Source: Octopus sinensis (taxonomy: Eukaryota). From it: a DNA stretch of 64,000 nucleotides. Positions 35,757 to 47,482 of this stretch are shown here, in pieces; the first letter of the stretch is position 1, and each line of letters opens with the position of its first letter. A program made the translations under genes and the position numbers. Location: the NCBI RefSeq assembly GCF_006345805.1, contig NC_043022.1, positions 1,736,001-1,800,000 on the forward strand, read 5' to 3'. The notes beneath the pieces were generated by a model. That model ran no database searches. It was not told the origin of the DNA and saw nothing but the letters and a program-made list of their open reading frames with translations.

Positions 35757-37893
35757 CATCATCATCATCATCATCATTTAGCGTCCGTTTTCCATGCTAG
35801 CATGGGTTGGACGGTTCTACTGGGGTCTGTGAAGCCAGAAGGCTTCATCAGGCCCAGTCAAATCTGGCAGTGTTTCTACGGCTGGATGCCCTTCCTAACG
35901 CCAACCACTCCGTGAGTGTAGTGGGTGCTTTTTACGTGCCACCCGCACTGGTGCCAGACAGAGCTGGCAAACGGCCACGAACGGATGGTGTTTTTTATGT
36001 GCCACCGGCACGAGGGCCAGGCGAGGCTGGCAACGGACACGAAACGGGGCGGTGATGGCAACGGTCGCGAAACGGAAAGTTCTCTTACATGCCACCGGCA
36101 CTGGTAACACATCTGCAATTTCCATTGATCGATTTCGTTTCTGATCCTCACTTGCCTCAATGGGTCTTCACAAGCAGAGTTTCGACATGCCACCGGCACT
36201 GGTAGCACATCCGCAATTTCCATTGATCGATTTCGATTCTGATCCTCACTTGCCTCAACACGTCTTCACAAGTAGAGTTTTGTGTCCCAAGAAGGGAAGG
36301 TATGCATACGTAGGCTGGCTCCATCCCATGTAGAAGGCCACGGGTTGTGGACTCACTTGTCCTGCCGGGTCTTCTCGCGCACAGCACACTTCCAGAGGTC
36401 TCGGTCTCTAGTCATTTCCTCAGTGAGACCTAAAGTTCGAAGGTCGTGCTTCACCACCTCGTCCCAGGTTTTCCTGGGTCTGCCTCTTCCACAGGTTCCC
36501 TCAACCGCTAGGGTGTGGCACTTTTTCACACAACTATCTTCATCCATTCTCGCCACATGACCATACCAGCGCAAACGTCTCTCTTGCACACCACAACTGA
36601 TGCTTCTTAGGTCCAGCTTTTCTCTCAAGGTACTTACACTCTGCCGAGTGTGAGTACCGGCATTACACATCCATCGGAGCATACTGGCTTCATTTCTAGC
36701 GAGCTTACGCATATCCTCAGCAGTCACGGCCCATGTTTCACTGCCATGTAGCATGGCTGTTCGTACACACGCATCATACAGTCTGCCATTCACTCTGTGC
36801 GAGAGGCCTTTTGTCACCAGCAGAGGTAAGAGCTCTCTGAACTTTGCCCAAGCTATTCTTACTCTAGCAGTTACACTTTCAGCACACCCGCCCCCACTGC
36901 TGACTTGGTCACCTAGGTAACGGAAACTATCAACTATTTCTAGTTTTTCTCCCTGGAAAGTGACGGAAGTTGGTCTCAGAGCATTTTCAGTGTTTATTGT
37001 TCCTGAGCATCTGCCACATACAAAAACCATCTTCTAGTTAGCCTTCCTTTGACATTGCTGCATCTCTTATGTGTCCATAGCTTACACTTGGTGCATCTTA
37101 TAGAGTTTCTACCTACACACCTTTTCTACAGATCGAGCAGGGCCATCTACCTGAAGGTGTTTGTGATTTGTCTACCTTCCTACTGATTACGACTTTGGTT
37201 TTAGCTAGATTGACTCTGAGGCCCTTCGATTCTAATCCTTGTTTCCACACCTGAAACTTCTCCTCCAGTTCTGATAGCGACTCAGCAATTAGAGCAAGGT
37301 CATCAGCATAGAGGAGCTCCCAAGGGCATCCTGTCTTGAATTCCTCCGTTATTGCCTGGAGGACTATGATAAATAGGAGGGGGCTGAGTACTGAGCCTTG
37401 GTGGACCCCTACCTCTACCCGGAATTCTTCACTGTACTCATTTCCAACCCTCACCCTACTAGCGGCGTCCCTATACATGGCCCGCACAGCTCTCACTAAC
37501 CATTCATCTATCCCTAGTTTTCTCATTGCCCACCAGATAAGGGATCGGGGGACCCTGTCGAAGGCTTTCTCCATGTCAACAAAAGCCAGGTACAGGGGCT
37601 TATCTTTGGCTAGGTATTTCTCCTGCAGCTGCCTTACCAGGAATATAGCATCAGTAGTACTTTTCCCTGGCACAAACCCAAACTGCATCTCATCTAAACT
37701 AACTCTCTCTCTAATTAGTTGGGCTATGACCCTCTCTGTAACCTTCATCACCTGGTCCAACAGCTTGATACCTCTGTAATTATTTGTATCTAGGGCATCA
37801 CCTTTACCTTTGTAGCAGTTGACTATTATACTGCTACACCAGTCATTGGGTATGACCCCTTTGTGTATCACCTGATTAACTATATGGGTGACT
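35757..37893 (-). mobile_element. RTE-clade LINE, 5'-truncated, with 3' UTR and (TGA)n tail
   Basis: RT ORF on minus, about 600-bp 3' UTR with an internal duplication of about 100 bp (36088-36280), (atc)n on + at 35757-35776; endonuclease domain absent. Confidence 0.93.
36353..37893 (-). pseudogene. Non-LTR reverse transcriptase, frameshifted (RTE type)
   Basis: Motifs NYRGIKLL, QFGFVPGKSTTDAIF, AFVDMEKAFDRVP, GVHQGSVLSPLLF, LYADDL, FRYLG, MLHGSETW, RLRWYGHVARM, RGRPRKTW; an extra GT near 37115 and a 1-nt loss near 37032 break the frame. Confidence 0.93.
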
Positions 37894-38319
37894 ACACATA
37901 CATACATACATACATATACATATGCAGCCCTCTGGCCTAAAACATTACAACAACCTCAGTATTTCACTGGTATTTAATTTATCGACCTCAAAAGGATGAA
38001 AGGCAAAGCTGACCTCAGCGGAATTCAAACCCAGAAGATAAAGAATGGATGGATGAAATGCCGCAGAGCACTTTGCCTGGTGTGCTGACGGTTCGGCTTG
38101 ATTGGCACCGTTATGTCTCTCTAAACTAATTCCACTCACATCTAACGTGTCTCTCACGTCAGATGTAAATGGAATTGTCTTAGAAGACAAATATAACAAA
38201 TCTTTAAGTGAGAGAAAAAAGTGTAACATAATGGAATGAATCCAAAATGCAATCAAGGAATGATGTAAAGTTCTGTGAGAGAACCGCCACCCCCACCCAC
38301 AACTTTAAATAAACTTTTG

Positions 38320-38577
38320 GAAGCACTCCGTCGGTTACGACGATGAGGGTTCCGGTTGATCCGAATCAACGGAACAGCCTGCTCGTAAAATTAACGTGTT
38401 AGTGGCTGAGCACTCCACAGACACGTGTACCCTTAACGTAGTTCTCGGGGATATTCAGCGTGACACAGAGAGTAACAAGGCCGGCCCTTTGAAATACAGG
38501 TACAACAGAAACAGGAAGTAAGAGTGAGAGAAAGTTTTTGATGAAAGAGTACAGCAGGGATCACCACCATCCCTGCC
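38320..38577 (-). mobile_element. SINE family C1, 5'-truncated
   Basis: tggaagcactccgtcggttacgacg...gtacagcagggatcaccacc. Confidence 0.85.
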
Positions 38578-38829
38578 AAATAAACTAGAGTGTTACAAAG
38601 AAGTCCTCTGCAATATTTGTTCTGCCCAATTGATACAGACAATCCCTTATCATTCATACTGTCATAAAGGTCAAGAACCAGTGATAGCCATTATGACCTA
38701 TAACCAATTACATTATTGATTACAAGATGGGCTGAGGCAAGTGAAATCGAAATCAAATTCGATGACTGGCATCTGTGCTAGTAAAGCGCTAAGAGTACCA
38801 TACAAGTGAGATCGTTGCCAGAGCAACAA

Positions 38830-39222
38830 GCCGGCCTCCGTGCTGATGGCATGTAAAAAGCCCCATTCGAGTGTGATTGTTACCTGTGTTGCCTTACTGG
38901 CACTTGTGTTGGTGGCACGTGAAAAAAACATTCGAGCAAGGTCGTTGACAGGGCCGCTGGACTGGCTCCTGTGCAGGTGGCACATAAAAAGCACCATTTC
39001 AGTGTGGCCGCTGTCAGTAATGCCTGACTGGCTCTCGTGCTGGTGTCACGTAAAAGCACCCACTACACTCTCAGAGTGGTTGGCGTTAGGAAGGGCATCC
39101 AGCTGTAGAAACTTTGCCCGATCAGATTGGAGCCTTGTGCAGCCATCTGGTTCGCCAGTCCTCAGTCAAACCGTCCAACCCATGCCAGCATGGAAAGCAG
39201 ATGTTAAACAATGATGATGATG
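38830..39222 (+). mobile_element. RTE-type LINE 3' end with repeated gtggcac...taaaa units
   Basis: ggttggcgttaggaagggcatccagctgtagaaac...catgccagcatggaaagcagatgttaaacaatgatgatga. Confidence 0.8.
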
Positions 39223-40319
39223 GTAGTTTCTTCATGTCTGAAGATCATGAAAGAGAGCAACATTCCCCACAAGGGCCCATATAAATTGATCCTTGATGCT
39301 GTAAGGCTTTTCTTCTGGCCTGCAGAAGAGAGCCAATCCACACAATCCGATCTGACTCTCTTTAGACTTGGAGCCTGACCAGAGAGGCTCAGCAGACTGA
39401 GACACCTGTGGTGACCAACAAACTATAGGTTCTACATTAGAGTGGCCTTCTCCCATGTGGATTGTCTTACAGGGCTGGAGAGCTCCACCTACTCTAGAGT
39501 TGCCAGAATGGTATCCATTCCTTAATTTGTTGTCAGGATTGACTCCCCTAACTTTACCTTTCCCAAGGCACTCACAAGGCAGTGAAGATTTGCGCTTGGG
39601 GTTTCTCATGAATCCGATCCTTGTTAACCTAGCTATTTCTCTCAGCTATTCAAGCCATGCTAACCCAGCCCTTACCCACATCTATTCAAGCAATGTTAAC
39701 CCAACTCATTCACTCATCAACTTTCCAGGTAGCATGATATGGTGGATGGTTTGACAGAAGCTGGCAAGCCAGAGGACTGTACCAAGCTCTACCAGCTGTT
39801 TTTTGGCAAAATTGGACACAAAAACAAACAAATGTTATACAGAATATAAACTTGTCGCAGATCTTACCCCATTCAGAGTGGAAAGAAGTGCTTGAAAATT
39901 TACTTATTTTTCCTTTCTTAATTTTTTGTCATGTTTTTTTATTATATTTTTTAATTTTTTTTTTTGCCAATTAACATGTATGTGTTAGATTAAGGACAAG
40001 AGTAAGAAAACATCAAACACGGGGCTTGCCTGCTTGTTCCAAACCCACACCACCTACCTCCCTCACCGAAAGAAAAGCCCCGTCTTTGATTTTGTAATGT
40101 TTGTTGTTGACTGGGCAGATCGAGTTACAGGCAAAATGTTTGTCTAACAGAAGCTGCTGAGAAGAGGGGGCCACATCTGGCTCCTAGAAAAATCCAACTG
40201 AGAACTGACTTTGTGGGAAAAAATGTCACTGAATGATTAAATATGTTTTAGGCCAGAGGGATGCAAATATATATAAGAGGGGTGTATACTTGCATACACA
40301 CACACACACATTACCTATC

Positions 40320-40525
40320 AGTCTGTCTCTCCATCCATCCATCCATCAATCTGTCTGTCTGTCTCTCTCTCTCCATCCATCCATCCCTCCATCCATCCAT
40401 CCATCCCTCCCTCCCTCCACCCATCCACCCATCCATCCATCCCTCCATCCATCCATCCAGCCAACCATCCATCCATCCATCCATCCAGCCAACCATCTAT
40501 CCCTCAATCTGTCTGTTTGTCTACC
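40320..40525. repeat. (CCAT)n/(CTGT)n microsatellite
   Basis: Direct inspection. Confidence 0.9.
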
Positions 40526-40536
40526 TGTCTCATAAT

Positions 40537-40862
40537 GAAGGTGCATGGCTTAGTGGCTAGGGCATTTGGCTCACAACCTTACGATTGTGATTTCAATTCC
40601 TAGCGGCGCATTGTAGCCTTGAGCAAGACAATTTATTCCCCACGTTGCTCCAGTCCACTCAGCTGGCTAAAATGAGCAGTACCTGTAATTAAAAAGGGGC
40701 CAGCCTTGTCACGTTCTGTGCCATACTGAACCTTCCTGAGAACGACTTTAAGGGTATGCGTGTCTGTGGAGCGCTCAGCCACTTGCGTGTTAATTTCACG
40801 AGCACGCTGTTCCATTGATCGGATCAACTGGAACCCTCATCGTCGTAACCGACGGAGTGCCA
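40537..40862 (+). mobile_element. SINE family C2, full length
   Basis: gaaggtgcatggcttagtggctagggcatt...cttgagcaagacaa...cgtaaccgacggagtgc. Confidence 0.85.
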
Positions 40863-41499
40863 GGTTGTCTGTCTCGTTGTCATATTAACGTCCACTTTTC
40901 CATGCTTGCATGGGTCAGACAACAGACTTTGTTAAGGAAGACCTTTCTGTTGCCAACCCTTGACTGTTTCCAAGTAAGGTAGGGTTTTCTTGTGGCTGGA
41001 CAAGGAAGATTGGAGACAAATGGCACCGCTTGTAAGATGGCGATTGCTCACTTACAGCTGTCATGTGATATCAAGACAAGGATGACACACACAACATCAC
41101 ACTCACCACATACACAATACACCATACACACACACATAAAACACCACACATACAAACTACACACACACAACATCAGGCACACCACACACAGACACACACA
41201 TACACCATATACACACACACACCACAACACACACACACTACACATACACACTACACACCACACATATGCACACACACACCACACTACACATGCACACACA
41301 GACGCACACACCATACACACACACACAGTGACCTTCTTTCAGTTTCCGTCTACCAAATCCACTCACAAGGTTTTGGTTGGCCTGAGGCTATAGTAGAAGA
41401 CATTTGCCCAAAGTGCCACGCAGTGGGACTGAACCTAGAACCATGTGGTTGGTAAGCAAGCTACTTACTACACACCCACTCCTGCATCTATATATACAT

Positions 41500-42076
41500 A
41501 TATTAAATATTCTACATGTTTTATACTCAAACCACCCAGATCCAGCCTTTCACACCTACCCTACAATGTCATTCTAAAAGTAAACAATCCCATCATCGAA
41601 ATCTCAAAGCTACAAGATAATGCACGATTAATTCAAAACAATGTGAATAAATAATCATAACATTTGCCAGAGTAATCTGAATGCTGCAGGGTTAAACTAG
41701 CCATGTCCAGGACCCAAATCTTCAATCTGTTTTTATGTTCAGACCAGCTAGATCCAGCTTCTCACACTCGCCCAACAATGTCTTTCTAAAAATAAATAAT
41801 CACATCATTGAAATCTCAAAGCTATGAGCTAAAGCATGATTAATTCAAAACAATGTTGATAAACAAGCATTACATTTGACAGGATAATCTGGATGCTAAA
41901 GAATGAAACCTGCTCTGCCAGATCCAACCTCTCACACCTACCCATCAATGTCATTCTAATAATAAACAACCACGACACCAAAATCTCAAAGTTACTAGAT
42001 AATGCAGGATTAATTAGAAAACAATGTGAATAAATAAACATTGCATTTAATGGAATTGTTTGAATGCCAAAGAGTT
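41500..42076. mobile_element. Three tandem degraded copies of the piggyBac-type MITE
   Basis: The block cacacctaccctacaatgtcattcta...gataatgcatgattaattcaaaacaatgt recurs three times; ends gggttaa / gagttaa. Confidence 0.7.
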
Positions 42077-42504
42077 AAGCTAATGCGTAGATTTGGGTGA
42101 AATTCTTCTGCAATTTCAAAAATATAAATAAAATAAGAAAAATGACAATAGGTTGGCAGCATGAGAAGTGAAGGATTGCAAGAGGAATGGTAAATGGTAA
42201 ATGGGGAATTGTGTAGAGTTCAGATATGTTTCTGGTGCCATTTGTTTAAGAAAATGAAGCAGTTGAAACGAGGGCAACATTCAATCTTTTCTGATGGCAA
42301 ACTGTTTTGAAATTTAACACTTACAAACATAATGTCCTCGTTTTGAAAGATGACAGAAAACTTGTGACTGTGTAGGAGTGTGTGTGTGTGTGTGTGTGTG
42401 TGTGGAAGTGGTGAAGGAAAACACTTGAATTCAAGACAACTAGCATTCAGAATTTGCATCTTAAAAAACAAATAAACAAAAAAGCAGTTAAATAAATTCC
42501 AAAT

Positions 42505-42948
42505 AAAAAAACAAGTGTGTTGAGAAGATAAGGGATTCCTAATGTTTTGTTCTTCTTCCATGTAGGGTCTCACCCAAGATACCGGAATCCATTTTGGGAA
42601 TAAGTGTGCAGAAAAGATAAGAGATTCCTCATTTTCCATTCTGCCATGTAGGGGCCTCACCCAAAATGTTGGGACCCTCCTTCCTTGCAGCACCCAAATT
42701 TATTCTGTTCTGGGAATAAGTGTGCCAAAAAGATATGAGATTCCTCATATTTCAATTTGCCATGTACAGCCTCACCCAAAATACTGGGACCCTATTTAAC
42801 AAACACAACAAATTTATTCCGTTTTGGCAAAATGTGTGCCAAAAAGATAAGAGATTCTAAATGCTTAATTCTTCCATGTAATGCCTCAACCAAAATGCTG
42901 GCACCCTCTTTACCTTACAGAACTCAAATTTATTCCATTTTGGGAATT
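42505..42948. repeat. Old diverged tandem repeat, unit about 115 bp, about 4 copies
   Basis: Recurrent aagtgtgc..aaaagataagagattcct...ccatgta...cctcacccaaaat...aaatttattc...tgggaa. Confidence 0.75.
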
Positions 42949-43473
42949 CTATTGTGAAATATTCTTTGGCTGATGCATATTTAAGGTTCCAAAGTAGACT
43001 TCTTAACCACACAACCTGCACTTGTATATATATGTATGTATGTATGTACGTATATATGTATATGCACTCATGCAGCACTGGCATGAGTGAATTTGGTGCA
43101 CCACCAGCATTTGCAAGACAAAGACCTCTTGGGTGGGGCATGACCATAAAGGAGATGCCTGTATGTAAAGATAAAACTCTTGTCCCTCGAGTCACTCTGT
43201 TGCTTCTGCTGAATATACATAAAAGTTTATATACATACATACATACATATATAAGAATTAAGATGAGGATTTCAATAGAATCAGGTACTAGAAAAGCTAT
43301 GCATCAGGTAGGGTTGAATAATTTCTGTGGTCCTGGCAATGGTTGGTGAGAATCAAAATATCAGATAGGATATTTCAGTTGTGTACACAGAGAAAACCAC
43401 CCCTATGAGTATTTAGCACCTGAGGTGACTGGTTCAAATTACACGTAACTCCATAACAATAGCGAATGACTAT

Positions 43474-43522
43474 CCACCACTGAGGATGAGCACAAAGAGG
43501 TTGAAACTGTACAGTCTGGTGG
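43474..43522 (+). ncRNA. Minimal type I hammerhead ribozyme motif (Penelope-like), stem II decayed
   Basis: CCACCA-CUGAGGA-U-GAGCAC-AAA-GAGGUU-GAAA-CUG-UA-CAG-U-C-UGGUGG: intact core, 6-bp stem I, palindromic stem III, GUC site. Confidence 0.7.
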
Positions 43523-44017
43523 TCCTGTCACTGGAAGATTTGTAGGGGTTCGCTCCCCTGCTTGAAATATATATCAGGTGCAGGTTGCTTCAAATAACCA
43601 GCTGGGGAGGCGTTCTCCCAAGGTTACAATGGTAGTAACATGGCTTCCTGCGGAACAGTTATGTTCAAGTGGCAATGAACATGACTTTAAAAACGTAGGA
43701 TAAATGCACAAATAAAGGGGGGAGGGGGAGAGAAAGAGACAGACACACACACACACACATATATGTATATGGGAGTTCAGATTCTGTTGATGGAATGTCG
43801 GGGGGGGGGGTTCCTCAAAACACACTTTCAGAGAATTAGGGCATTATGTGAATATAAATCCACTCCTGTACTCGAAACTCTTCCTGCTTTGAAAAAAGAA
43901 ACAAAACAAACATAACAAAACAAACAAAAAAACAAAACAATAGACAACAAAGGTGGAGGAAATACTTCTGATAATTAAAGAAAAACAGCAATTGTCTGAG
44001 CACGAGGAAGGATATAC

Positions 44018-44069
<52 letters not shown>

Positions 44070-44142
44070 GTATATATGTATATATATATATGTGTGTGTA
44101 TGTACATATATATATATCCATCTATCTATATGTATGTATGTA

Positions 44143-44194
<52 letters not shown>

Positions 44195-44967
44195 TAGATA
44201 GATATCTATATAGATATGTGTGTGTGTGTGTGTGCATAGGTATGTCTATGTGTGCCAGGGTATGCATGTAGGTGTGTATGTGGGGGCAGTCAACTATAAT
44301 AAATAAAAGAAATGAGGGAATGAATAAGAGGATGGGTGGGCACGACCGGAGTGGGGGTAGGGGTTGCGTAGGGCTCCTGACAAAAAGAGATTCTGACAGA
44401 TGTGTAATTAGTCTCTCTAGTGGCAGAGTAGGAAGTGGCACTTAAGGGTGACCTGGGGTTACAACAATGTCAGATAAAATGCAACATAAATAAATAAATA
44501 AATAAATATATAAGGCCTCCCACTCATAAGTTGTTGTTTAGCCGTTCCATTCGTGGCCATCCAGTCTTTTTAAGGGTACCCATGAATGCATGTGTTGATG
44601 TGACTCTGTTTTTTTTCCATACAATTTAAAAACTGTAGTTTGTGATTTTTAAGGGACGTTTAGCTGCTATTTATAGCGGATTCAGCAAAGCGATATATAA
44701 AGGCTCCCTCCACCCCGGGGCCGCCGCCGTTGCCCCCCACTCGTAAGAAGTATGTCAGACAAGTAGACACCCCAGGGGGAAGATATGATGGAATGGAGTG
44801 AGGTGGAGGAATGGGGGGGGAGGGGGCTTGAGAGGTGGAGAAGCAATTAATTAATTAGTTATCTTTTATTTCTTTGTTATTTGCTACAACCACAGCTGCA
44901 GTGTTGCAAGCATCATCCTCACCACCACCACCACCACCACCACCGCCGCCTTGTCTATCACGTCATC

Positions 44968-45700
44968 AGTAATAGCATGACCACCACTACTGCTGCCGCA
45001 ACTACCACCTACGCTGTCACCATCACCACCACCACCACATCAGTAATAGCATCACCATCACTACTGCTGCCGCAACTACCTCCTACGCTGTCACCATCAC
45101 CACCACCACCGCATCAGTAATAGCATGACCACCACTACTGCTGCCGCAACTACCACCTACGCTGTCACCATCACCACCACCACCACCACCACCACCACAT
45201 CAGTAATAGCATCACCATCACTACTGCTGCCGCAACTACCTCCTACGCTGTCACCATCACCACCACCACCACCACCGCATCAGTAATAGCATGACCACCA
45301 CTACTGCTGCCGCAACTACCACCTACGCTGTCACCATCACCACCACCACCACCACCACCACATCAGTAATAGCATCACCATCACTACTGCTGCCGCAACT
45401 ACCTCCTACGCTGTCACCATCACCACCACCACCACCACCACCACATCAGTAATAGCATCACCATCACTACTGCTGCCGCAACTACCACCTACGCTGTCAC
45501 CATCACCACCACCACCACCACCACCGCATCAGTAATAGCATCACCACCACTACTGCTGCCGCAACTACCACCTACGCTGTCACCATCACCACCACCACCA
45601 CCACCACCACCACCGCATCAGTAATAGCATCACCACCACTACTGCCGCCGCAACTACCACCTACGCTGTCACCATCACCACCACCACCATTACCGCCATA
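44968..45700. repeat. Minisatellite, unit about 72-84 bp, about 9 copies
   Basis: Unit agtaatagcat(g/c)acca(c/t)cactactgctgccgcaactacc(a/t)cctacgctgtcaccat(cac)n. Confidence 0.92.
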
Positions 45701-45978
45701 ATGTGGGACCTCAGAACTTTTTCATGAGATCGCTTTGAAAAATAACTCAACGTGCTGTGCAGTGGGATTGAACTAGGAACCATATAGTTACATATGAGGT
45801 GGTGGTATCAATATCTTCCCGAACTAGTTCTGTAGCATGCCAACAGATGGCAGCACACGGTTGCATGCACAGTGAGAGCTAGCAGTGACCTTCATGAGGC
45901 AGAAGTGTGCTGAGTGACATTGCCGTGTTTACTTTGCAAGTTGTGAAATTTGTGTTCTGGTGATCACATCTATATTGT

Positions 45979-46361
45979 GTGGAGGCACAATGGCCCAGTG
46001 GTTAGGGCAGTGGACTCATGGTCATAGGATTGCAGTTTCGATTCCCAGACTGGCTGTTGTGAATGTTTATTGAACGAAAACACCTAAAGCTCCATAAGGC
46101 TCCGGCAGGGGATGGTGGTGATCCCTGCTGTACTCTTTCACCACAACTTTCTCTCACTCTTACTTCCTGTTTCTGTTGTGCCTGTATTTCAAAGGGCCGG
46201 CCTTGTCACTCTCTGTGTCACGCTGAATATCCCCGAGAACTACGTTAAGGGTACACGTGTCTGTGGAGTGCTCAGCCACTTACATGGTAATTTCAAGAGC
46301 AGGCTGTTCCGTTGATTGGATCAACCGGAGCCCTCGTCGTCGTAACCGACGGAGTGCTTCC
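45979..46361 (+). mobile_element. SINE family C1, full length
   Basis: 16-bp TSD atcacatctat(a/g)ttgt (45963-45978 / 46362-46377). Confidence 0.92.
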
Positions 46362-46402
46362 ATCACATCTATGTTGTAGTCTGTGATTTTTGTCATGGAC
46401 AG

Positions 46403-46590
46403 GAACAAGGAATCAACATGAAATTTTGTGTTAAACTTGGGAAGTCTGCTACAGAGACATTGAGCCTGCTTCAGCAAGCTTATGGTGATGAGGCAATGGG
46501 TCGTATGCAGTGTTTTGAGTGGCACAGGTGCTTCAAAAGTGGAAGAACATACCTGCAAGATGATGAGCGACCTAGAAGACCTGCCATGAG
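46403..46590 (+). pseudogene. Mariner transposase N-terminal HTH fragment
   Basis: EQGINMKFCVKLGKSATETLSLLQQAYGDEAMGRMQCFEWHRCFKSGRTYLQDDERPRRP matches the mariner/Mos1-type HTH pattern. Confidence 0.85.
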
Positions 46591-46725
46591 CATCACCCCA
46601 CCCCCAGAAATGGGGTAATGAGTTGTGTGTGTGTGTGTGTTTAGTAGTAGTAGTATTAGTCACATTAATCAATTGGTTGATTTTATTTCTTGATTGCCAT
46701 TTATTTTATAAAAGTTGGAATGGTG

Positions 46726-47160
46726 CAGGAGTGGCTGTGTGGTAAGTAGCTTGCTTCCCAATCACATGGTTATGGGTTCAGTCCCACTGCATGGCACCTT
46801 GGGCGAGTGTCTTCTACTATAGCCTCAGGCTGACCAAAGCTTTGTGAGTGGAGAAACTGAACGAAACCTGTTGTGTATATATATATATATATATACATAC
46901 ATACATACATATATATACATATATACATACATACATACATACATACATACATACATACTATATATGTATGTATATATATGTGTGTGTATGTAATGTTTGT
47001 GTATCTGTGTTTGTACCCTGTAACTTAGCAGTTCGGCAGAAGATACCAATAGAATAAGTACTAGATTTACAAAGAATAAGTCCTGGGGTCGATTTGCTTG
47101 ACAAAAGGCGGTGCTCCAGCATGGCCGCAGTCAAATGACTGAAACAAGTAAAAGAATAGA
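46726..47160 (+). mobile_element. SINE family B with an expanded internal (TA/TACA)n
   Basis: gcaggagtggctgtgtggtaag head; aaatgactgaaacaagtaaaaga tail. Confidence 0.88.
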
Positions 47161-47199
47161 AAATGGATTTAGCTAGGTTCAATATTGTTTGTGGCCTAA

Positions 47200-47482
47200 A
47201 GCAGTGCCACATAAAAGTGCCCATGTGGCGTCATGTAAAAATGCCTGTGTGTTGCCACCTAAAAGCAACCATGTGGTTCCATGAAAAAGCACCCAGCACC
47301 CCTTCTTAATGCCAAAGTGGTTGGCATTAGAAAGGGCACCCAGCCTTAGAAACCATGCCAAATCAGACTGGAGTCTGGTGTAGTTCCCCAGCTTGCCAGC
47401 TCTGATGAAACTGTCCCACCCATGCCAACATGGACAATGAAAGTTAAATGATGATGATGATGATGATGATGACGATGATGAT
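47200..47482 (+). mobile_element. RTE-type LINE 3' end fragment
   Basis: ggttggcattagaaagggcacc...catgccaacatggacaatg...(atg)n. Confidence 0.75.

Larger units (their letters stand above)
45793..46590 (+). mobile_element. Mariner element 5' part with an inserted SINE C1
   Basis: TIR-like tatgagg..gtatcaa..ttcccgaactag, cagatggcagcac, then transposase N-terminus. Confidence 0.7.

Noticed and set aside
37336-37779. 147-aa plus-strand ORF
   Set aside because: It is the antisense shadow of the reverse transcriptase coding sequence.
39232-39609. 125-aa minus ORF
   Set aside because: It resembles a LINE 5' UTR-like relic (low confidence) and has no domain or splice support.
44968-45700. Mucin-like or His/Pro-rich coding repeat
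   Set aside because: Each unit contains taatag/tga stops in some frames, and variable (cac)n without splice signals; it is best explained as a minisatellite.
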